Source: Deferrisomatales bacterium (GTDB lineage Bacteria; Desulfobacterota; Deferrisomatia; Deferrisomatales; JACRMM01). From it: 64,000 nt of DNA. Positions 19,287 through 30,287 of the stretch are shown here, in pieces (within the stretch, counting starts at the first letter, position 1; each line of letters begins with the position of its first letter). The stretch covers positions 17,058 to 81,057 of the forward strand of contig JAWSUI010000013.1 of NCBI GenBank assembly GCA_033551855.1, given 5' to 3'. The notes under the pieces are model-generated. The model had not been told where the DNA came from. It saw nothing but the letters and a program-made list of their open reading frames with translations, and did not search any database. A program made the translations under genes and the position numbers.

Positions 19287-19482
19287 TGCCTACATTTAAG
19301 GCATACGTGCGGCCCCAAGTCCAGCCGGGCCGCACAAGGAGGAAGAATCCCGGGGGGACGCTGCCCATATAGCGAGCAACGCCCGTGGGCGGATACCGGA
19401 AGGAAGCCGCAGACGAAACAGGCCTAGAGAGGACTGGACGGAAACAGATGAGGAGAAGGATGGCGTGCTCAATAAATAGGCA
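19287..19482. promoter_or_regulatory. Three 17-bp NtrC-type enhancer-like palindromes
   Basis: TGCCTA-CATTT-AAGGCA (19287-19303), TGCCCA-TATAG-CGAGCA (19362-19378), TGCTCA-ATAAA-TAGGCA (19466-19482). Confidence 0.65.
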
Positions 19483-19517
19483 CACCCAGGAACAGCCCGC
19501 AGACGCCGCCCGGAGGG

Positions 19518-19835
19518 TCAGGAGCGGGGGCGGCCCTCCCGCTCGGCAATCCCCGAGGTCCCGAAGCGCCGCTCCAGCTCCTGGGACACGCGCTCAGGGG
19601 GAATACCGCGGGAGCCCAGCAGCACCAAGCAGTGAAACGCGAGATCCGCGAGCTCCGACACCAAGGCCCGCTCGTCTCCGGATTTGGCCGCCAGCAGGGT
19701 CTCGACCGCCTCTTCGCCGACCTTTTGCAGGATCCGGTCTTCGCCCTTGTCCAAGAGACGGCAGACGTAAGAGTCGGCCCGAGGGGCGGCCTTGCGGTCG
19801 AGGATCACGGAATAGAGGCGGTCGTAAATGGACAT
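19518..19835 (-). CDS. hisE: Phosphoribosyl-ATP diphosphatase
   Basis: KVGEEAVE...ELADLAFH. Confidence 0.9.
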   Translation of the reverse strand: MSIYDRLYSVILDRKAAPRADSYVCRLLDKGEDRILQKVGEEAVETLLAAKSGDERALVSELADLAFHCLVLLGSRGIPPERVSQELERRFGTSGIAEREGRPRS

Positions 19836-19942
19836 GAGGCGGAGTCCTTCGAAGCGGTCGGCGGGAGCCCGAACGGACGTCCGCGGGCGTTCCCGGAGTG
19901 GGGCGGCCGGGGGGCCGCCTCGTCGCCTTCACCCTTGCCGTG

Positions 19943-20710
19943 TCACATCCGCACCGGAACCCCTCGGGAGGCCAGAAGGCGCTTCACGTCCCCGATGGTG
20001 AGCTCGCGGAAATGGAAGATGCTCGCCGCCAGCGCGGCATCGGCCCCGCCGGCGGTGAGGGCCTCCCACATGTGTTCGGCGTTCCCCGCACCCCCGGAGG
20101 CGATGACCGGGATCTCCACCGCGTCGGACACTGCCCGGGTGAGGGGGATGTCGAACCCGTCCTTGGTCCCGTCGGCATCCATGCTGGTGAGGAGAATCTC
20201 CCCCGCGCCGAGGGCCTCCATCCGCCGGACCCACTCCAGGGCGTCTCTGCCGCTCGGGCGCCGACCCCCGTGGGTGTAGACCTCCCACCCCTCCTCCGCT
20301 CCGGGGCCTCGCCGCTTGGCATCGACAGCCACCACGATGCACTGGGAGCCGAACCGACGCGAAGCCTCCTCCACGAAGGCGGGCCGATGGACGGCCGCCG
20401 TGTTCACCGAGACCTTGTCGGCCCCCGCCAGGAGCAGGTTGCGCACGTCCGCGATCTCCCGGACCCCCCCCCCCACGGTGAGCGGCATGAACACCCGCTC
20501 CGCGGTGGCCCGTACAACCTCCAGGATGATGCCCCTCTCGTCGCTGGAGGCCGTGATGTCCAGGAAGGTGAGCTCGTCGGCGCCCTGGGCGTCGTAGAGC
20601 TTCGCAGCCTCCACGGGGTCGCCTGCATCCCGGAGGTTGACGAAGTTGGTACCCTTGACCACCCGCCCGGCGTTCACGTCCAGGCAGGGAATGATGCGCT
20701 TGGCGAGCAT
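19943..20710 (-). CDS. hisF: Imidazole glycerol phosphate synthase subunit HisF
   Basis: [28 protein letters not shown]. Confidence 0.95.
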   Translation of the reverse strand: MLAKRIIPCLDVNAGRVVKGTNFVNLRDAGDPVEAAKLYDAQGADELTFLDITASSDERGIILEVVRATAERVFMPLTVGGGVREIADVRNLLLAGADKVSVNTAAVHRPAFVEEASRRFGSQCIVVAVDAKRRGPGAEEGWEVYTHGGRRPSGRDALEWVRRMEALGAGEILLTSMDADGTKDGFDIPLTRAVSDAVEIPVIASGGAGNAEHMWEALTAGGADAALAASIFHFRELTIGDVKRLLASRGVPVRM

Positions 20711-20741
20711 GGAGAGGATCCGTTGCGGGAGGGGCCGGCGA

Positions 20742-21479
20742 CTACGCCCCCCCTCCCCTGCGGGCAAGGGAGATGGCGGCGGCCAGGTCGAGGGTGCCCT
20801 CGTAGAGCGCGCGCCCCGTGATGACTCCCACGACCCCGTCGGCCTCCAGGGGCAGCAGGCGCTCGATGTCCTCGAGATCGGAGACGCCCCCCGAAGCGAT
20901 CACCGGGGCGCCGGACCGCCGGGCGAACTCCGCGGTGGCCTCGCGGTTCACCCCCGTCTGCATCCCGTCGCGCTCGATGTCGGTGAAGACGAACCCGGCA
21001 GCACCCTGGTCCGCCAGGGCCTGGGCGAGATCCACTGCCCGGGTCCGAGAGACCTCGGCCCATCCTCGCACGGCCACCCAGCCGTCCCGGGCATCGATGC
21101 CCACCAGGACCCGACCGGGATGGGACGCGGAGAGCCGACCCACCAAGGCGGGATCCTCGAGGGCGGCGGTCCCCAGGATCACGTAGTCCAGGCCCTCGCC
21201 GAGAAGCCGCTCAGCCGTCGCCTGATCTCGGATGCCGCCCCCGAGCTCGAGCTCCACGTCCACCGCCCGGCGCACCGCCCGCACCGCCGCCAGGTTCTCG
21301 GGGCGGCCCGAAAAGGCTCCGTCCAGATCCACCAAGTGGATCCGCGCGGCCCCGAGCCCGACCCAACGTCGGGCCACGGCGGCCGCATCGTCCCCGTAGA
21401 CCGTTTCGTCCTCCATCCGGCCCTGGCGCAGGCGCACGCACTGCCCGGCCTTCAGATCGATCGCAGGGATCACGATCAC
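20742..21479 (-). CDS. hisA: ProFAR isomerase
   Basis: [32 protein letters not shown]. Confidence 0.95.
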   Translation of the reverse strand: MIVIPAIDLKAGQCVRLRQGRMEDETVYGDDAAAVARRWVGLGAARIHLVDLDGAFSGRPENLAAVRAVRRAVDVELELGGGIRDQATAERLLGEGLDYVILGTAALEDPALVGRLSASHPGRVLVGIDARDGWVAVRGWAEVSRTRAVDLAQALADQGAAGFVFTDIERDGMQTGVNREATAEFARRSGAPVIASGGVSDLEDIERLLPLEADGVVGVITGRALYEGTLDLAAAISLARRGGGA

Positions 21480-22120
21480 GATGCACCCTCCCGAACGGCC
21501 TTCTGCCAGAAGGCCCGCAGGATCGCCAGGCCCACCCGCTGGCTCTTCTCCGGGTGGAACTGGCAGGCGTAGAGGTTACCCCGCGCCACGCTCGAGGCGA
21601 ACTCCATGCCGTAGGTCGTCGTGGTGGCGACGACCTCCGCATCCTCCGGGACGGGGAAGTAGGAGTGGACGAAATAGACGTGATCGCCCTCGACCACGTC
21701 GGCCAGCACCTCCGGCTCCTGGACTTTGTGGAGCGTGTTCCAGCCCATGTGCGGGACCTTCAGGCGGCGGCCCCCTTCGGCCAGATCCCGGGGGAAACGC
21801 ACGACTCGCCCCCGCAGGATGCCAAAACCCCGGGTGTGACCGTGTTCCTCGCTCTCCTCGAAGAGGAGCTGGTAACCGACACAGATGCCGAGGAAGGGGA
21901 TCCCCGCCAGGATCCGGTCCCGCACCGGCTGGGCCAGGCCGAAGCTCTCGAGCTTCGCGATGCAGTCTCGGAAGGCGCCCTGGCCCGGGAGCACGAGACC
22001 CCTGGCCTCCCGAACCCTGCCCGGATCCCGGGTCACCTCCGCCTGCGCCCCCAGGGACTCGAAGGCCTTCTGCACGCTGCGCAGATTGCCCGAGTCGTAG
22101 TCGACAATCACGACGGACAT
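21476..22120 (-). CDS. hisH: Imidazole glycerol phosphate synthase subunit HisH
   Basis: DYDSGNLRSV, LGICVG, PHMGWN, QFHPEKS. Confidence 0.95.
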   Translation of the reverse strand: MSVVIVDYDSGNLRSVQKAFESLGAQAEVTRDPGRVREARGLVLPGQGAFRDCIAKLESFGLAQPVRDRILAGIPFLGICVGYQLLFEESEEHGHTRGFGILRGRVVRFPRDLAEGGRRLKVPHMGWNTLHKVQEPEVLADVVEGDHVYFVHSYFPVPEDAEVVATTTTYGMEFASSVARGNLYACQFHPEKSQRVGLAILRAFWQKAVREGAS

Positions 22121-22217
22121 CGGTGATCCGCGGTGCGATGGGGGTTTCCCCTTCCGTGCCGGCGGCGCTCCGCGGTCTCTCCTCTCGGGCCGCCCCGCCC
22201 CCCTCCACCCGACCCCG

Positions 22218-22805
22218 TCACAGGCTCCCCTTCGTCGAAGGCACACCTTGTCGTCGCGGCTCCCCCCGAGTGGCCCGGTCGAGTGCACGGCCAAAGGCCT
22301 TGAAGACCGCCTCGATGACGTGGTGGGCGTTTCGCCCCGACTCGACCCGCACGTGCACGGTAGCCCCGGCTGCCCGGGCGAACGCCTCGAAGAACTCCCG
22401 GAAGAGCTCGATGTCGACCTCCCCCACCTTTCCCGGCGCGAGGCCGTCGTCGTAGGAGAGGTGGGTCCGGCCCGAGAGGTCGAGCACCACGTGCGCCAGG
22501 GCCTCGTCCATGGGCACGGTCGCCTCCCCGTACCGCGCGATCCCCACCCGGTCGCCGAGAGCCTCGGACACGGCCTGCCCCAGGCCAATGCCCACGTCCT
22601 CGATCGTGTGATGGAAGTCCACGTGGAGGTCACCGGAGGCAAGGACGCTGAGGTCGAAGAACCCGTGAACCGCCACGTGGGTGAGCATGTGGTCGAGGAA
22701 CCCCACGCCGGTCTCGGCCTGGACCGTCCCGTCGCCGTCGAGCCCGAGACGGACGTGGATGTCCGTCTCCCGTGTCCGGCGTTGCACCTCAGCCGTTCTG
22801 CTCAT
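22218..22805 (-). CDS. hisB: Imidazoleglycerol-phosphate dehydratase
   Basis: RRTRETDI, DFHHTIED, NAHHVIEAVFKA. Confidence 0.95.
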   Translation of the reverse strand: MSRTAEVQRRTRETDIHVRLGLDGDGTVQAETGVGFLDHMLTHVAVHGFFDLSVLASGDLHVDFHHTIEDVGIGLGQAVSEALGDRVGIARYGEATVPMDEALAHVVLDLSGRTHLSYDDGLAPGKVGEVDIELFREFFEAFARAAGATVHVRVESGRNAHHVIEAVFKAFGRALDRATRGEPRRQGVPSTKGSL

Positions 22806-24159
22806 CGGTCCTCCTTCGGGATCGGCGGGAGCGCTCCAGCCCTTCCCCGCCCCCCGAGGCCCCAGGCTGCCCCGAGAGCCTCATTTCGACGGCCCGGGCA
22901 TGGGCCTCCAGGCCCTCCATGCGGGCGATGTGGGCCACCTGACGGCCCAGTTGCCCCAGCGCTTCGGCCGAGAAGGAGATCACGCTGGAACGCTTGACGA
23001 AGTCTTCGACCCCCAGGGGGGAAAAGAACCGTGCGGTGCCGGCCGTGGGGAGCACGTGGTTGGGTCCCGCGGCGTAATCCCCCAGGGCCTCCGGGGTGTG
23101 GTGGCCGAGGAAGATGGCCCCCGCGTGGCGGATGCGCCCCAGGAGGTCCCAGGGGCGCTCCACGGCCAACTCCAGGTGCTCCGCCGCGAACTCGTTGGCC
23201 AGGTCGCAGGCCTGCTCGAGGGAACCCACCTCCAGGATGCCGCCCCTCTCTTCCCAACTCCGCCGGGCCGTGCCCTCGCGGGGCAAGAGCCGCAGTTGCG
23301 CCTCCACCTGCTCCGCCACCCGGGCGCCGAAGGCCGCGTCCGTCGTCACCAGGACCGCCGTGGCCTGCTCGTCGTGCTCGGCCTGGCTGAGGAGGTCTGC
23401 TGCGACGTGCGCCGGGTCCCCGGAGCCGTCGCTCACCACGAGGATCTCGCTCGGGCCCGCCACCATGTCGATGTCCACTCGGCCGTACAAGAGACGCTTG
23501 GCCGTGGCCACGTAGATGTTCCCCGGCCCGACGATCTTGTCCACGGCCGGAATCGTCGCCGTGCCGTACGCCAGGGCGGCAACGGCCTGAGCCCCACCCA
23601 CACGGTACACCTCCCGGACCCCCACGAGCCACGCCGCCCCCAGGACGTGCGCGTTGGCCGTGCCGCCCGGGGTCGGGGTCACCATGGCCAACCGTTCCAC
23701 GCCGGCGACCTGGGCCGGGATGGCATTCATCAGCACGCTGGAGGGATAGCTCGCCTTGCCGCCGGGAACGTACAGACCCGCCGACGCCAGGGGCGTGACC
23801 CGTTGCCCCAGGAGCACCCCCTCTTCCTCCACGAACCAGGACCGGTCCCGCTGGCGCTCGTGGAAGGAACGGATCCGACGGGTCGCCAGCTCGAGGGCCT
23901 TCCGGTTTTCGACCGGGAGCGACAGCCAGGCCCTCTCCAGGGCCTCCGGGGGCACCGCCAGCTCCCTCGGCGAGAGCTCGACCCCGTCGAACCGGGCCGT
24001 GTACTCCAGCAGAGCCGCGTCCCCCCGATGCGCAACCGCCTCCAGGATGGGCCGCACCGCTTCCTCCGCCGCCGCGCCGTCCTGGCCTCCGCCGCGGGTC
24101 GCGAGCCGGCGCCAGGCCTCCTCGTAACCCGGCCCTCCCAGTCGGTGGATCGGCATCAT
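22789..24159 (-). CDS. hisD: Histidinol dehydrogenase
   Basis: YVPGGKA, GPGNIYV, AGPSE, QAEHD, AEHLE, GLEAHA. Confidence 0.95.
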   Translation of the reverse strand: MMPIHRLGGPGYEEAWRRLATRGGGQDGAAAEEAVRPILEAVAHRGDAALLEYTARFDGVELSPRELAVPPEALERAWLSLPVENRKALELATRRIRSFHERQRDRSWFVEEEGVLLGQRVTPLASAGLYVPGGKASYPSSVLMNAIPAQVAGVERLAMVTPTPGGTANAHVLGAAWLVGVREVYRVGGAQAVAALAYGTATIPAVDKIVGPGNIYVATAKRLLYGRVDIDMVAGPSEILVVSDGSGDPAHVAADLLSQAEHDEQATAVLVTTDAAFGARVAEQVEAQLRLLPREGTARRSWEERGGILEVGSLEQACDLANEFAAEHLELAVERPWDLLGRIRHAGAIFLGHHTPEALGDYAAGPNHVLPTAGTARFFSPLGVEDFVKRSSVISFSAEALGQLGRQVAHIARMEGLEAHARAVEMRLSGQPGASGGGEGLERSRRSRRRTDEQNG

Positions 24160-24797
24160 GCGGACTCTCCCAGTCGGTCCCGAAAGGCTCGGATCAGCCC
24201 CGCAATGGCCGCGGTTCGGGTCTTCATGCTCGCCCGGTTCACCACCAGGCGGCACGTGGACTCCAGGATGGTCTCCACTTCCACCAAGCCGTTCTGGCGC
24301 AGGGTCTCCCCCGTGCTCACGAGGTCCACGATCTGCTCGGACAGCCCCACCAGGGGGGCAAGCTCGATGGAGCCGTAGAGCTTGATGATCTCCACCTGGA
24401 TGCCCTTGACCCGAAAATGGGCCTCTGCCAGGCGGGGGTACTTGGTCGCAACCCGCACCCGCGACCACGCGCCGGCCCCCCGGCACGACGCCCCGGCGGG
24501 TTCGGCCACCACGAGGCGGCAGTACCCGAAGCCCAGGTCCAGGGGCTCGTAGACTTCGGGTTCCTGCTCCAGGAGCACGTCCTTGCCGGCGACACCCAGG
24601 TCCGCCGCCCCGTGCTCCACATAGGTGGCCACGTCCTGGCTGCGCACCACGAGGAACCGGTAGCCGGGGACGTCGAAGACGAGGCGCCGGGAGTCGTCCA
24701 AGACGTGGGTACAGGGGACCCCGCAGCCCTCCAGCAGAGCCAGGGTATCGCGCAAGATCCTGCCTTTCGGCAGGGCGAGAGTCAAGCGATCGGCCAT
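24156..24797 (-). CDS. hisG: ATP phosphoribosyltransferase, short form
   Basis: LALPKGRI, VATKYP, DLVSTGETL; 213 aa with no regulatory C-domain. Confidence 0.95.
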   Translation of the reverse strand: MADRLTLALPKGRILRDTLALLEGCGVPCTHVLDDSRRLVFDVPGYRFLVVRSQDVATYVEHGAADLGVAGKDVLLEQEPEVYEPLDLGFGYCRLVVAEPAGASCRGAGAWSRVRVATKYPRLAEAHFRVKGIQVEIIKLYGSIELAPLVGLSEQIVDLVSTGETLRQNGLVEVETILESTCRLVVNRASMKTRTAAIAGLIRAFRDRLGESA

Positions 24798-25001
24798 GTC
24801 GGGATTCTCCACCTGGGCAAGAAGGCCCCCCCACGTCCACCAGCAGCCTTCAGGTGGGGTCGGGACGCTCCGGGGTGCCGCCGCGAGCCGCATCGACCGA
24901 AGCAGGGAACCGGGGGAAACCGGTGCCCCTCGGCACCCGGGCACCCTCGGCGACAAACCTTCGAAAGGCAACAGACCTGGCCGCGCAGCGTAGGGGCTCG
25001 T

Positions 25002-26258
25002 TCACTCCTGAATCCGCCGGATGCGGGCACCCAGGCCCGAGAGCTTCGTCTCCAGGGACTCGTAGCCCCTGTCCAGATGGTAAACCCGGGAGACCACGGT
25101 GGTGCCCCGGGCCACCAGGCCCGCCAGCACCAACGCAGCACTGGCCCGCAGATCGGTGGCCATGACCCGAGCCCCCGAGAGCCGCTTGACCCCCCGGACC
25201 ACAGCGCTCGCACCCTCGGCGGTGATGTCCGCCCCCATCCGGTTCAGCTCGGGCACGTGCATGAAGCGATTCTCGAAAACCTTCTCCGTGATGACCGAGA
25301 GGCCCCGCCCCGAAGCCATGAGGGCCATGAACTGGGCCTGCATGTCCGTGGGGAAGCCCGGGTACGGGCTGGTGCGCACGTCGACGCTGCGGGCCGGAGG
25401 ACGGCCCCTGAGCGCGATCCCGCCGGCCCCACAGCCCTCCACCTCCGCCCCCGCTTCCCGCAGCTTGAACGCCAGGGCATCCAGGTGGTCGAGCCGTGCA
25501 CCCTGCACGGTCACCTCGCCCCCGCACAGGGCGGCAGCCGTGAGCAGCGTCCCCGCCTCGATGCGGTCCGGGATGGGCTCGTGGTCGAAGGGTCTCAGCT
25601 CCTCGACCCCCTCGATCTCAAGAAGGTCCGACCCGGCCCCCCGGACCCGGGCGCCCATCTGCTGCAAGCACTCCAGGAGGTCGACCACCTCCGGTTCCCG
25701 GGCCGCGTTCTCGATCACCGTGGTACCCCTGGCCAGGGCTGCCGCCATGGCGAGATTCTCCGTCCCGGTGACGGTCGGCAGGTCCAAGACGATCCGGCCG
25801 CCCACCAGACGGTCCGCCTCCACCTCCACGTATCCGTGCTCCAGGCGAACCGTGGCACCCAGGGCCTCGAGCCCCTTCAAGTGGAGGTTGATGGGCCGCG
25901 CGCCGATGGCACAGCCCCCGGGCAGGCTCACCCTGGCCCTCCCGAAACGGGCCACCAGGGGACCCAGAACGAGCACCGATGCCCGCATGGTCTTGACCAG
26001 GTCGTAGGGCGCGTCCCTCCCGGCCAACTCGGAGGCGTCTACCGCGAGCCCCCCTTTCTCCGAGGTGACACGGGCCCCCAGGTGCCCCAGCAGGCGACTG
26101 AGGGTACGCACATCGGCCAGGGCAGGGACGCGGGGAAGCCGGCTCGTCCCCGGGGCCAGCAGGGCTGCCGCCATCAGCGGCAGGACCGCGTTCTTCGCCG
26201 GGCTGACCGCCACCCCCCCATTGAGGGGCACTCCGCCTTCCAGGACGAGGGCATCCAT
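25002..26258 (-). CDS. murA: UDP-N-acetylglucosamine 1-carboxyvinyltransferase
   Basis: [32 protein letters not shown]. Confidence 0.97.
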   Translation of the reverse strand: MDALVLEGGVPLNGGVAVSPAKNAVLPLMAAALLAPGTSRLPRVPALADVRTLSRLLGHLGARVTSEKGGLAVDASELAGRDAPYDLVKTMRASVLVLGPLVARFGRARVSLPGGCAIGARPINLHLKGLEALGATVRLEHGYVEVEADRLVGGRIVLDLPTVTGTENLAMAAALARGTTVIENAAREPEVVDLLECLQQMGARVRGAGSDLLEIEGVEELRPFDHEPIPDRIEAGTLLTAAALCGGEVTVQGARLDHLDALAFKLREAGAEVEGCGAGGIALRGRPPARSVDVRTSPYPGFPTDMQAQFMALMASGRGLSVITEKVFENRFMHVPELNRMGADITAEGASAVVRGVKRLSGARVMATDLRASAALVLAGLVARGTTVVSRVYHLDRGYESLETKLSGLGARIRRIQE

Positions 26259-26305
26259 GGGCCTCTATCCTCTTCTCGACACGGGTGCCCCCCGAAGCCG
26301 TCCCC

Positions 26306-27160
26306 TCACGTACCGCGCCTCACAGCAAGGGCGACCCGGGGCCGACCCGCGGGGTCGAGAACGATTGCCGGTTCCTCGTAGCTGCCTTCCCCCTGGATCA
26401 GCCCGATGACCTCGCCTTCCTGGCCGGTGCCGAACTCCAGGGCGAGGAATCCCCCCCCCGCGAGATGGGCGGGCGCCTGCTCGACGATCCGCCGGATGAC
26501 CCCGAGGCCGTCGTCCCCTCCGTCCAGGGCGAGCCTGGGGTCGAAAATCGCGACCTCCGCCTCCAGCCCCGGGATTTCCGCCGAGGGAATGTAGGGGGGG
26601 TTCGAGACGACCGCGTCGAAGAGGTCTCCGGCCAGGGGTTCGAAGAGATCACCTGAGCGCAGGTCCAGGCGCAGGCCGAGGCCGCTGTGCGCGACGTTCG
26701 CCTGGGCCACCTCGAGAGCGCTCTCCGACAGGTCCACCCCCACGCCGCTCCAACCGGGTCTCTCCCGCAGGAGAGCGACGGCCACCGCCCCCGACCCGGT
26801 CCCCAGATCCGCCAAGCGGCCCGCTTCCCCCATGCGGCCCAGGGCCGCCGCCACCAGGGTCTCCGTCTCCGGGCGCGGAACGAGAACCCGCCCGTCCACG
26901 AGGAAAGGAAGCGACCAGAACTCCCGGACCCCGGTGATGTGGGCCACCGGCTCCCTCCGGGCCCTGCGGCGCACGGCCTCCCGATACGCGTCCACCTCTG
27001 CCGATGCGAGGGGGCGGTCGAACTGGAGGTAGAGCTGAATCCGAGTCACCCCGAGCACGTGGGCCAGGAGCACCTCGGCATCCAGGCGGGGGCTCTCGAA
27101 CCCCCTGTCGCCCAGGTACCGGGCGGTGCGCCGCACCAGTTCGAGGGGGAGGTGCTCCAC
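26306..27160 (-). CDS. prmC: Release factor glutamine methyltransferase
   Basis: VPRPETE, DLGTGSG, SNPPY; adjacent to prfA. Confidence 0.95.
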   Translation of the reverse strand: MEHLPLELVRRTARYLGDRGFESPRLDAEVLLAHVLGVTRIQLYLQFDRPLASAEVDAYREAVRRRARREPVAHITGVREFWSLPFLVDGRVLVPRPETETLVAAALGRMGEAGRLADLGTGSGAVAVALLRERPGWSGVGVDLSESALEVAQANVAHSGLGLRLDLRSGDLFEPLAGDLFDAVVSNPPYIPSAEIPGLEAEVAIFDPRLALDGGDDGLGVIRRIVEQAPAHLAGGGFLALEFGTGQEGEVIGLIQGEGSYEEPAIVLDPAGRPRVALAVRRGT

Positions 27161-27163
27161 CCC

Positions 27164-28231
27164 TCAGCCCTCCCCGCGGGCCAAGGCCTCTGCCTGGGCC
27201 TCGGCCGACAGGGCCTCGACCAGGGGATCCAGGTCGCCCTCCAGGATACCCTCCAACCGGTGCAGGGTCAGATTGATCCTATGGTCCGTGACACGGTTCT
27301 GGGGGAAGTTGTATGTGCGGATCCGCTCGCTCCGGTCCCCGCTGCCCACTAGGGTTCGGCGTTCATCGCTGCGCTCACGGTCTGCCGCCTGCTGGGCGGC
27401 CTCGAACAGCCTCGCCCTGAGGATCTTGAGCGCCCGCGCGCGGTTCTTGTGCTGGGATTTCTCGTCCTGGCAGCTCACCACGATACCCGTGGGGAGGTGG
27501 GTCAGGCGCACTGCCGACTCGGTCTTGTTCACGTGCTGGCCACCCGCCCCTCCCGCGCGGAACACGTCCATCTTTAGGTCCTCCGGCCGCACGTCCACAT
27601 CCACTTCGTCGGCCTCCGGGAGCACCGCCACCGTGACCGCCGAGGTATGGATGCGCCCCCCGGCTTCGGTCTCCGGCACCCGCTGGACCCGGTGGGCACC
27701 ACTCTCGAACTTGAGGCGGCCGTAAACCCGATCCCCCCGCAAGAGCGCGACCACCTCTTTGAGCCCGCCGATCCCGGTGGGATTGGCGCTCAGCTCTTCC
27801 ACCGTCCAGCCCTTCCGTTCCGCGTACCGGCAGTACATGCGGAAGAGGTCCGCGGCGAAGAGAGCCGCCTCCTCTCCCCCGGTGCCGGCACGCACTTCCA
27901 GGATCACGTCCTTCTCGTCCAGCGGATCCTTCGGGAGGAGGAGGGTCTTGAGTCGGGAGGTGGACTCGGACAGAAGCGAGTCGGCCTCCGCCAGATCCTC
28001 CCGGGCCAGCTCGCGAAGCTCGGAGTCGGCCAGGAGCGCCTGGGCCTGCTCCACTCGGGCCAGGAGACCCCGATACCTTCGGACTTCCTCGGCCAACTCC
28101 TGGAGCTCCGCGTGCTCTCGGGTCAGGCGACGGTACGCCTCCAGGTCCGAGAGGGCTCCCGGGTCGGAGAGCTCTCGGTTGAGCCTCTCGAAGCGGTCCT
28201 CCACCTGGGCAAGCTTGGCCGTGAGATCCAA
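27164..28231 (-). CDS. prfA: Peptide chain release factor 1
   Basis: GTGGEEA, RVPETE (PxT), GGQ motif; TTG start. Confidence 0.97.
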   Translation of the reverse strand: MDLTAKLAQVEDRFERLNRELSDPGALSDLEAYRRLTREHAELQELAEEVRRYRGLLARVEQAQALLADSELRELAREDLAEADSLLSESTSRLKTLLLPKDPLDEKDVILEVRAGTGGEEAALFAADLFRMYCRYAERKGWTVEELSANPTGIGGLKEVVALLRGDRVYGRLKFESGAHRVQRVPETEAGGRIHTSAVTVAVLPEADEVDVDVRPEDLKMDVFRAGGAGGQHVNKTESAVRLTHLPTGIVVSCQDEKSQHKNRARALKILRARLFEAAQQAADRERSDERRTLVGSGDRSERIRTYNFPQNRVTDHRINLTLHRLEGILEGDLDPLVEALSAEAQAEALARGEG

Positions 28232-28254
28232 CGCGGCCTACCTGGGCGCTGCCT

Positions 28255-28950
28255 TCACAGCGCCTCTCCGAGCTCTCGCCGGACCTCTTCGGGTCGGCCG
28301 CAGGAGTAGGCGCCCTCGGGGCACCGCCCCGCAACGCATCCCGGTCCGGATGCCTCGAAGAGCCTCGGCGCGAGGGGGCGGACGGCCCGGAGCATTTCCA
28401 GGGCGAGGGCACGAATCTCCCACTGGGCCCTGCTGCACAGGCGGAGGGCGAAGAAGTGTCGGAGCTCGCGGGCGTTCATGGAAACCACGATCTTTGTCTC
28501 GCAGGCGTTGGGCAGGATGTAGCGGGCGTCCTCCGGGGCGACGCCCTCGTCCACCAGACGTGCATAGAATGCCCAGAGGTCCTGGAGCTTTTCGCGAAAA
28601 GCCGCCCCGTGGGACGGATCCCTCTCCACGGTCGGAGGGACCACTGCCCGCACCTCCCGCAAGGTCACGTAGCGCTGGCTCTGCTGGGAGTAGGACGCGA
28701 GCCGGTGCCGCACCAGTTGGTGGGAGCAGGCGCGGCTGATCCCCTCGACCCCTACGACGAAATGGGCGTGCTCCAGCGCTGAGAGGTGCCCCATGGCTCG
28801 CAGCTTCGAGAGGAGAGCCCCCACCTCTCCGTCGCAGAGGTCTCGGTGCAGCTCCCCTATGCCGCGGGCGGAGTAACACAGCCGCGCCGCCAGGGCCACG
28901 GTGCGCTCCGGGTCCGGCGTGTGGCTGAGGACCCGGGCCGAGGGGCCCAT
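28255..28950 (-). CDS. thyX: FAD-dependent thymidylate synthase
   Basis: HQLVRHRLASYSQQSQRY ThyX motif; RAQWEIR. Confidence 0.95.
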   Translation of the reverse strand: MGPSARVLSHTPDPERTVALAARLCYSARGIGELHRDLCDGEVGALLSKLRAMGHLSALEHAHFVVGVEGISRACSHQLVRHRLASYSQQSQRYVTLREVRAVVPPTVERDPSHGAAFREKLQDLWAFYARLVDEGVAPEDARYILPNACETKIVVSMNARELRHFFALRLCSRAQWEIRALALEMLRAVRPLAPRLFEASGPGCVAGRCPEGAYSCGRPEEVRRELGEAL

Positions 28951-28956
28951 CGCGCT

Positions 28957-29160
28957 TTACTTCTGCTTTCCGTACTTGCGGAGGAAACGATCGACACGGC
29001 CCGCCGTGTCGAGCATCTTCTCCTTCCCCGTGTAGAACGGGTGGCACTCCGAGCAGATCTCGGTCTTGATGTCGGCCTTCGTGGACCGGGTCTCGAAGGT
29101 GTTGCCGCAGGTGCAGGTCACCACGGCTGTCGCGTACTTCGGGTGGATATCTTCCTTCAT
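28957..29160 (-). CDS. rpmE: 50S ribosomal protein L31 (zinc-binding type)
   Basis: [23 protein letters not shown]. Confidence 0.97.
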   Translation of the reverse strand: MKEDIHPKYATAVVTCTCGNTFETRSTKADIKTEICSECHPFYTGKEKMLDTAGRVDRFLRKYGKQK

Positions 29161-29209
29161 GGCGTCTCCTCGACAAGGCCTGGAGGGCTCAAAATGGCGA
29201 GAACGGTAG

Positions 29210-29239
29210 AAGATAGCACTGCCTGCCCGGCCAGGGCAA
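29210..29239 (-). promoter_or_regulatory. Sigma70-type promoter of rpmE
   Basis: Minus strand TTGCCC-N18-TATCTT with extended TG. Confidence 0.4.
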
Positions 29240-29572
29240 GATGCGCGAGGCCTGCGTGTGGAGAGCAGATGGTCTGTCCGTCTGGCGGATGGCGCAGTGC
29301 AGCGCAAGGGGCTGGCCCCGCGGTCTCCGGAGGCCGTGGCTCCGAGGCGCTCCGGAATCCGCCGCCGCCTTGCGGGGTGGGGTCCGGGAGCCCCGAAGAG
29401 CAGCCCCGTTCCGCATGCACCTACCCGACGAGGCCGGCGCAATCGGGTGAAGCCCGGCGCACCGGGGCCTGCTGGCACACTCCTTCGAATTGCTGCGGAT
29501 TGCGGGGCGAAACGCAGGGTCTCCCGGACTCCGCTTGCCACGCAAGCAGGGAGTCCTGGAAGAACGGCGCGT

Positions 29573-29608
29573 TTGACAACCGCGTTTGGTTGTGCATAAA
29601 TAGAACAA
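29573..29608 (+). promoter_or_regulatory. TTGACA -35 element plus imperfect Rex-like palindrome upstream of rex
   Basis: TTGACA at 29573-29578; TTGTGCATAAATAGAACAA at 29590-29608, one base longer than the canonical 18-bp Rex box. Confidence 0.4.
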
Positions 29609-29638
29609 GCTTTCTGCGGCCCGAAGGAGGCCTTTGAC

Positions 29639-30277
29639 ATGCCCAAGCACCCCAAGGTCCCCGAGGCGACGATCAAGAGGCTGTCGATCTACATGCGGGT
29701 CTTGAAAGACCTGGAGAAGAAGGGCGTCAACGTCATCTCCAGTGCCGAGCTGGCGGAGATCTGCGGGGTCAACGCCGCGCAGATCCGCAAGGACCTGACC
29801 TACTTCGGCGAGTTCGGCATCCGCGGAGTGGGGTACTACGTGAAGGAGCTGCACTTCGACATCCGCAAGGTTCTCGGTCTCAACCAGAGACGGAACGTGG
29901 CGCTGGTCGGCGTGGGGAACCTGGGGCGGGCCCTGCTCACGTACCGGAACTTCTCGGAACACGGGTACAACTTCGCAGCGGCCTTCGACGTGGACGCGGC
30001 GAAGATCGGAACCCTTCTGCCCGGCGGGATTCGCATCGAATCGATGGATGACCTGCCCCGTGTGGCAGCCGAGAAGGAGATCGAGGTCGCCATCATCACC
30101 ACGACTGCCGACGCCGCCCAGGCGGCGGCAGAGAAGGTCGTGGCCGCGGGAATCAAGGGCATCCTCAACTTCGCCCCGACCCAGCTGCACGTCCCCGAGG
30201 GAGTCAAGGTGAAGAAGGTCGACCTCACCACCGAGTTCGACAACCTGGTGTACCACCTCTACTCCCGGTCTCGTTGA
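29639..30277 (+). CDS. rex: Redox-sensing transcriptional repressor Rex
   Basis: [39 protein letters not shown]. Confidence 0.97.
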   Translation: MPKHPKVPEATIKRLSIYMRVLKDLEKKGVNVISSAELAEICGVNAAQIRKDLTYFGEFGIRGVGYYVKELHFDIRKVLGLNQRRNVALVGVGNLGRALLTYRNFSEHGYNFAAAFDVDAAKIGTLLPGGIRIESMDDLPRVAAEKEIEVAIITTTADAAQAAAEKVVAAGIKGILNFAPTQLHVPEGVKVKKVDLTTEFDNLVYHLYSRSR

Positions 30278-30287
30278 GGCAGCATCG

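Noticed and set aside
22789..22880. HisD C-terminal extension overlapping the hisB start
   Set aside because: Short low-complexity tail typical of stop-codon drift in GC-rich genomes
19518..24797. Absence of hisI, hisC and hisZ from the his cluster
   Set aside because: Scattered his genes and short-form HisG with a remote hisZ are common
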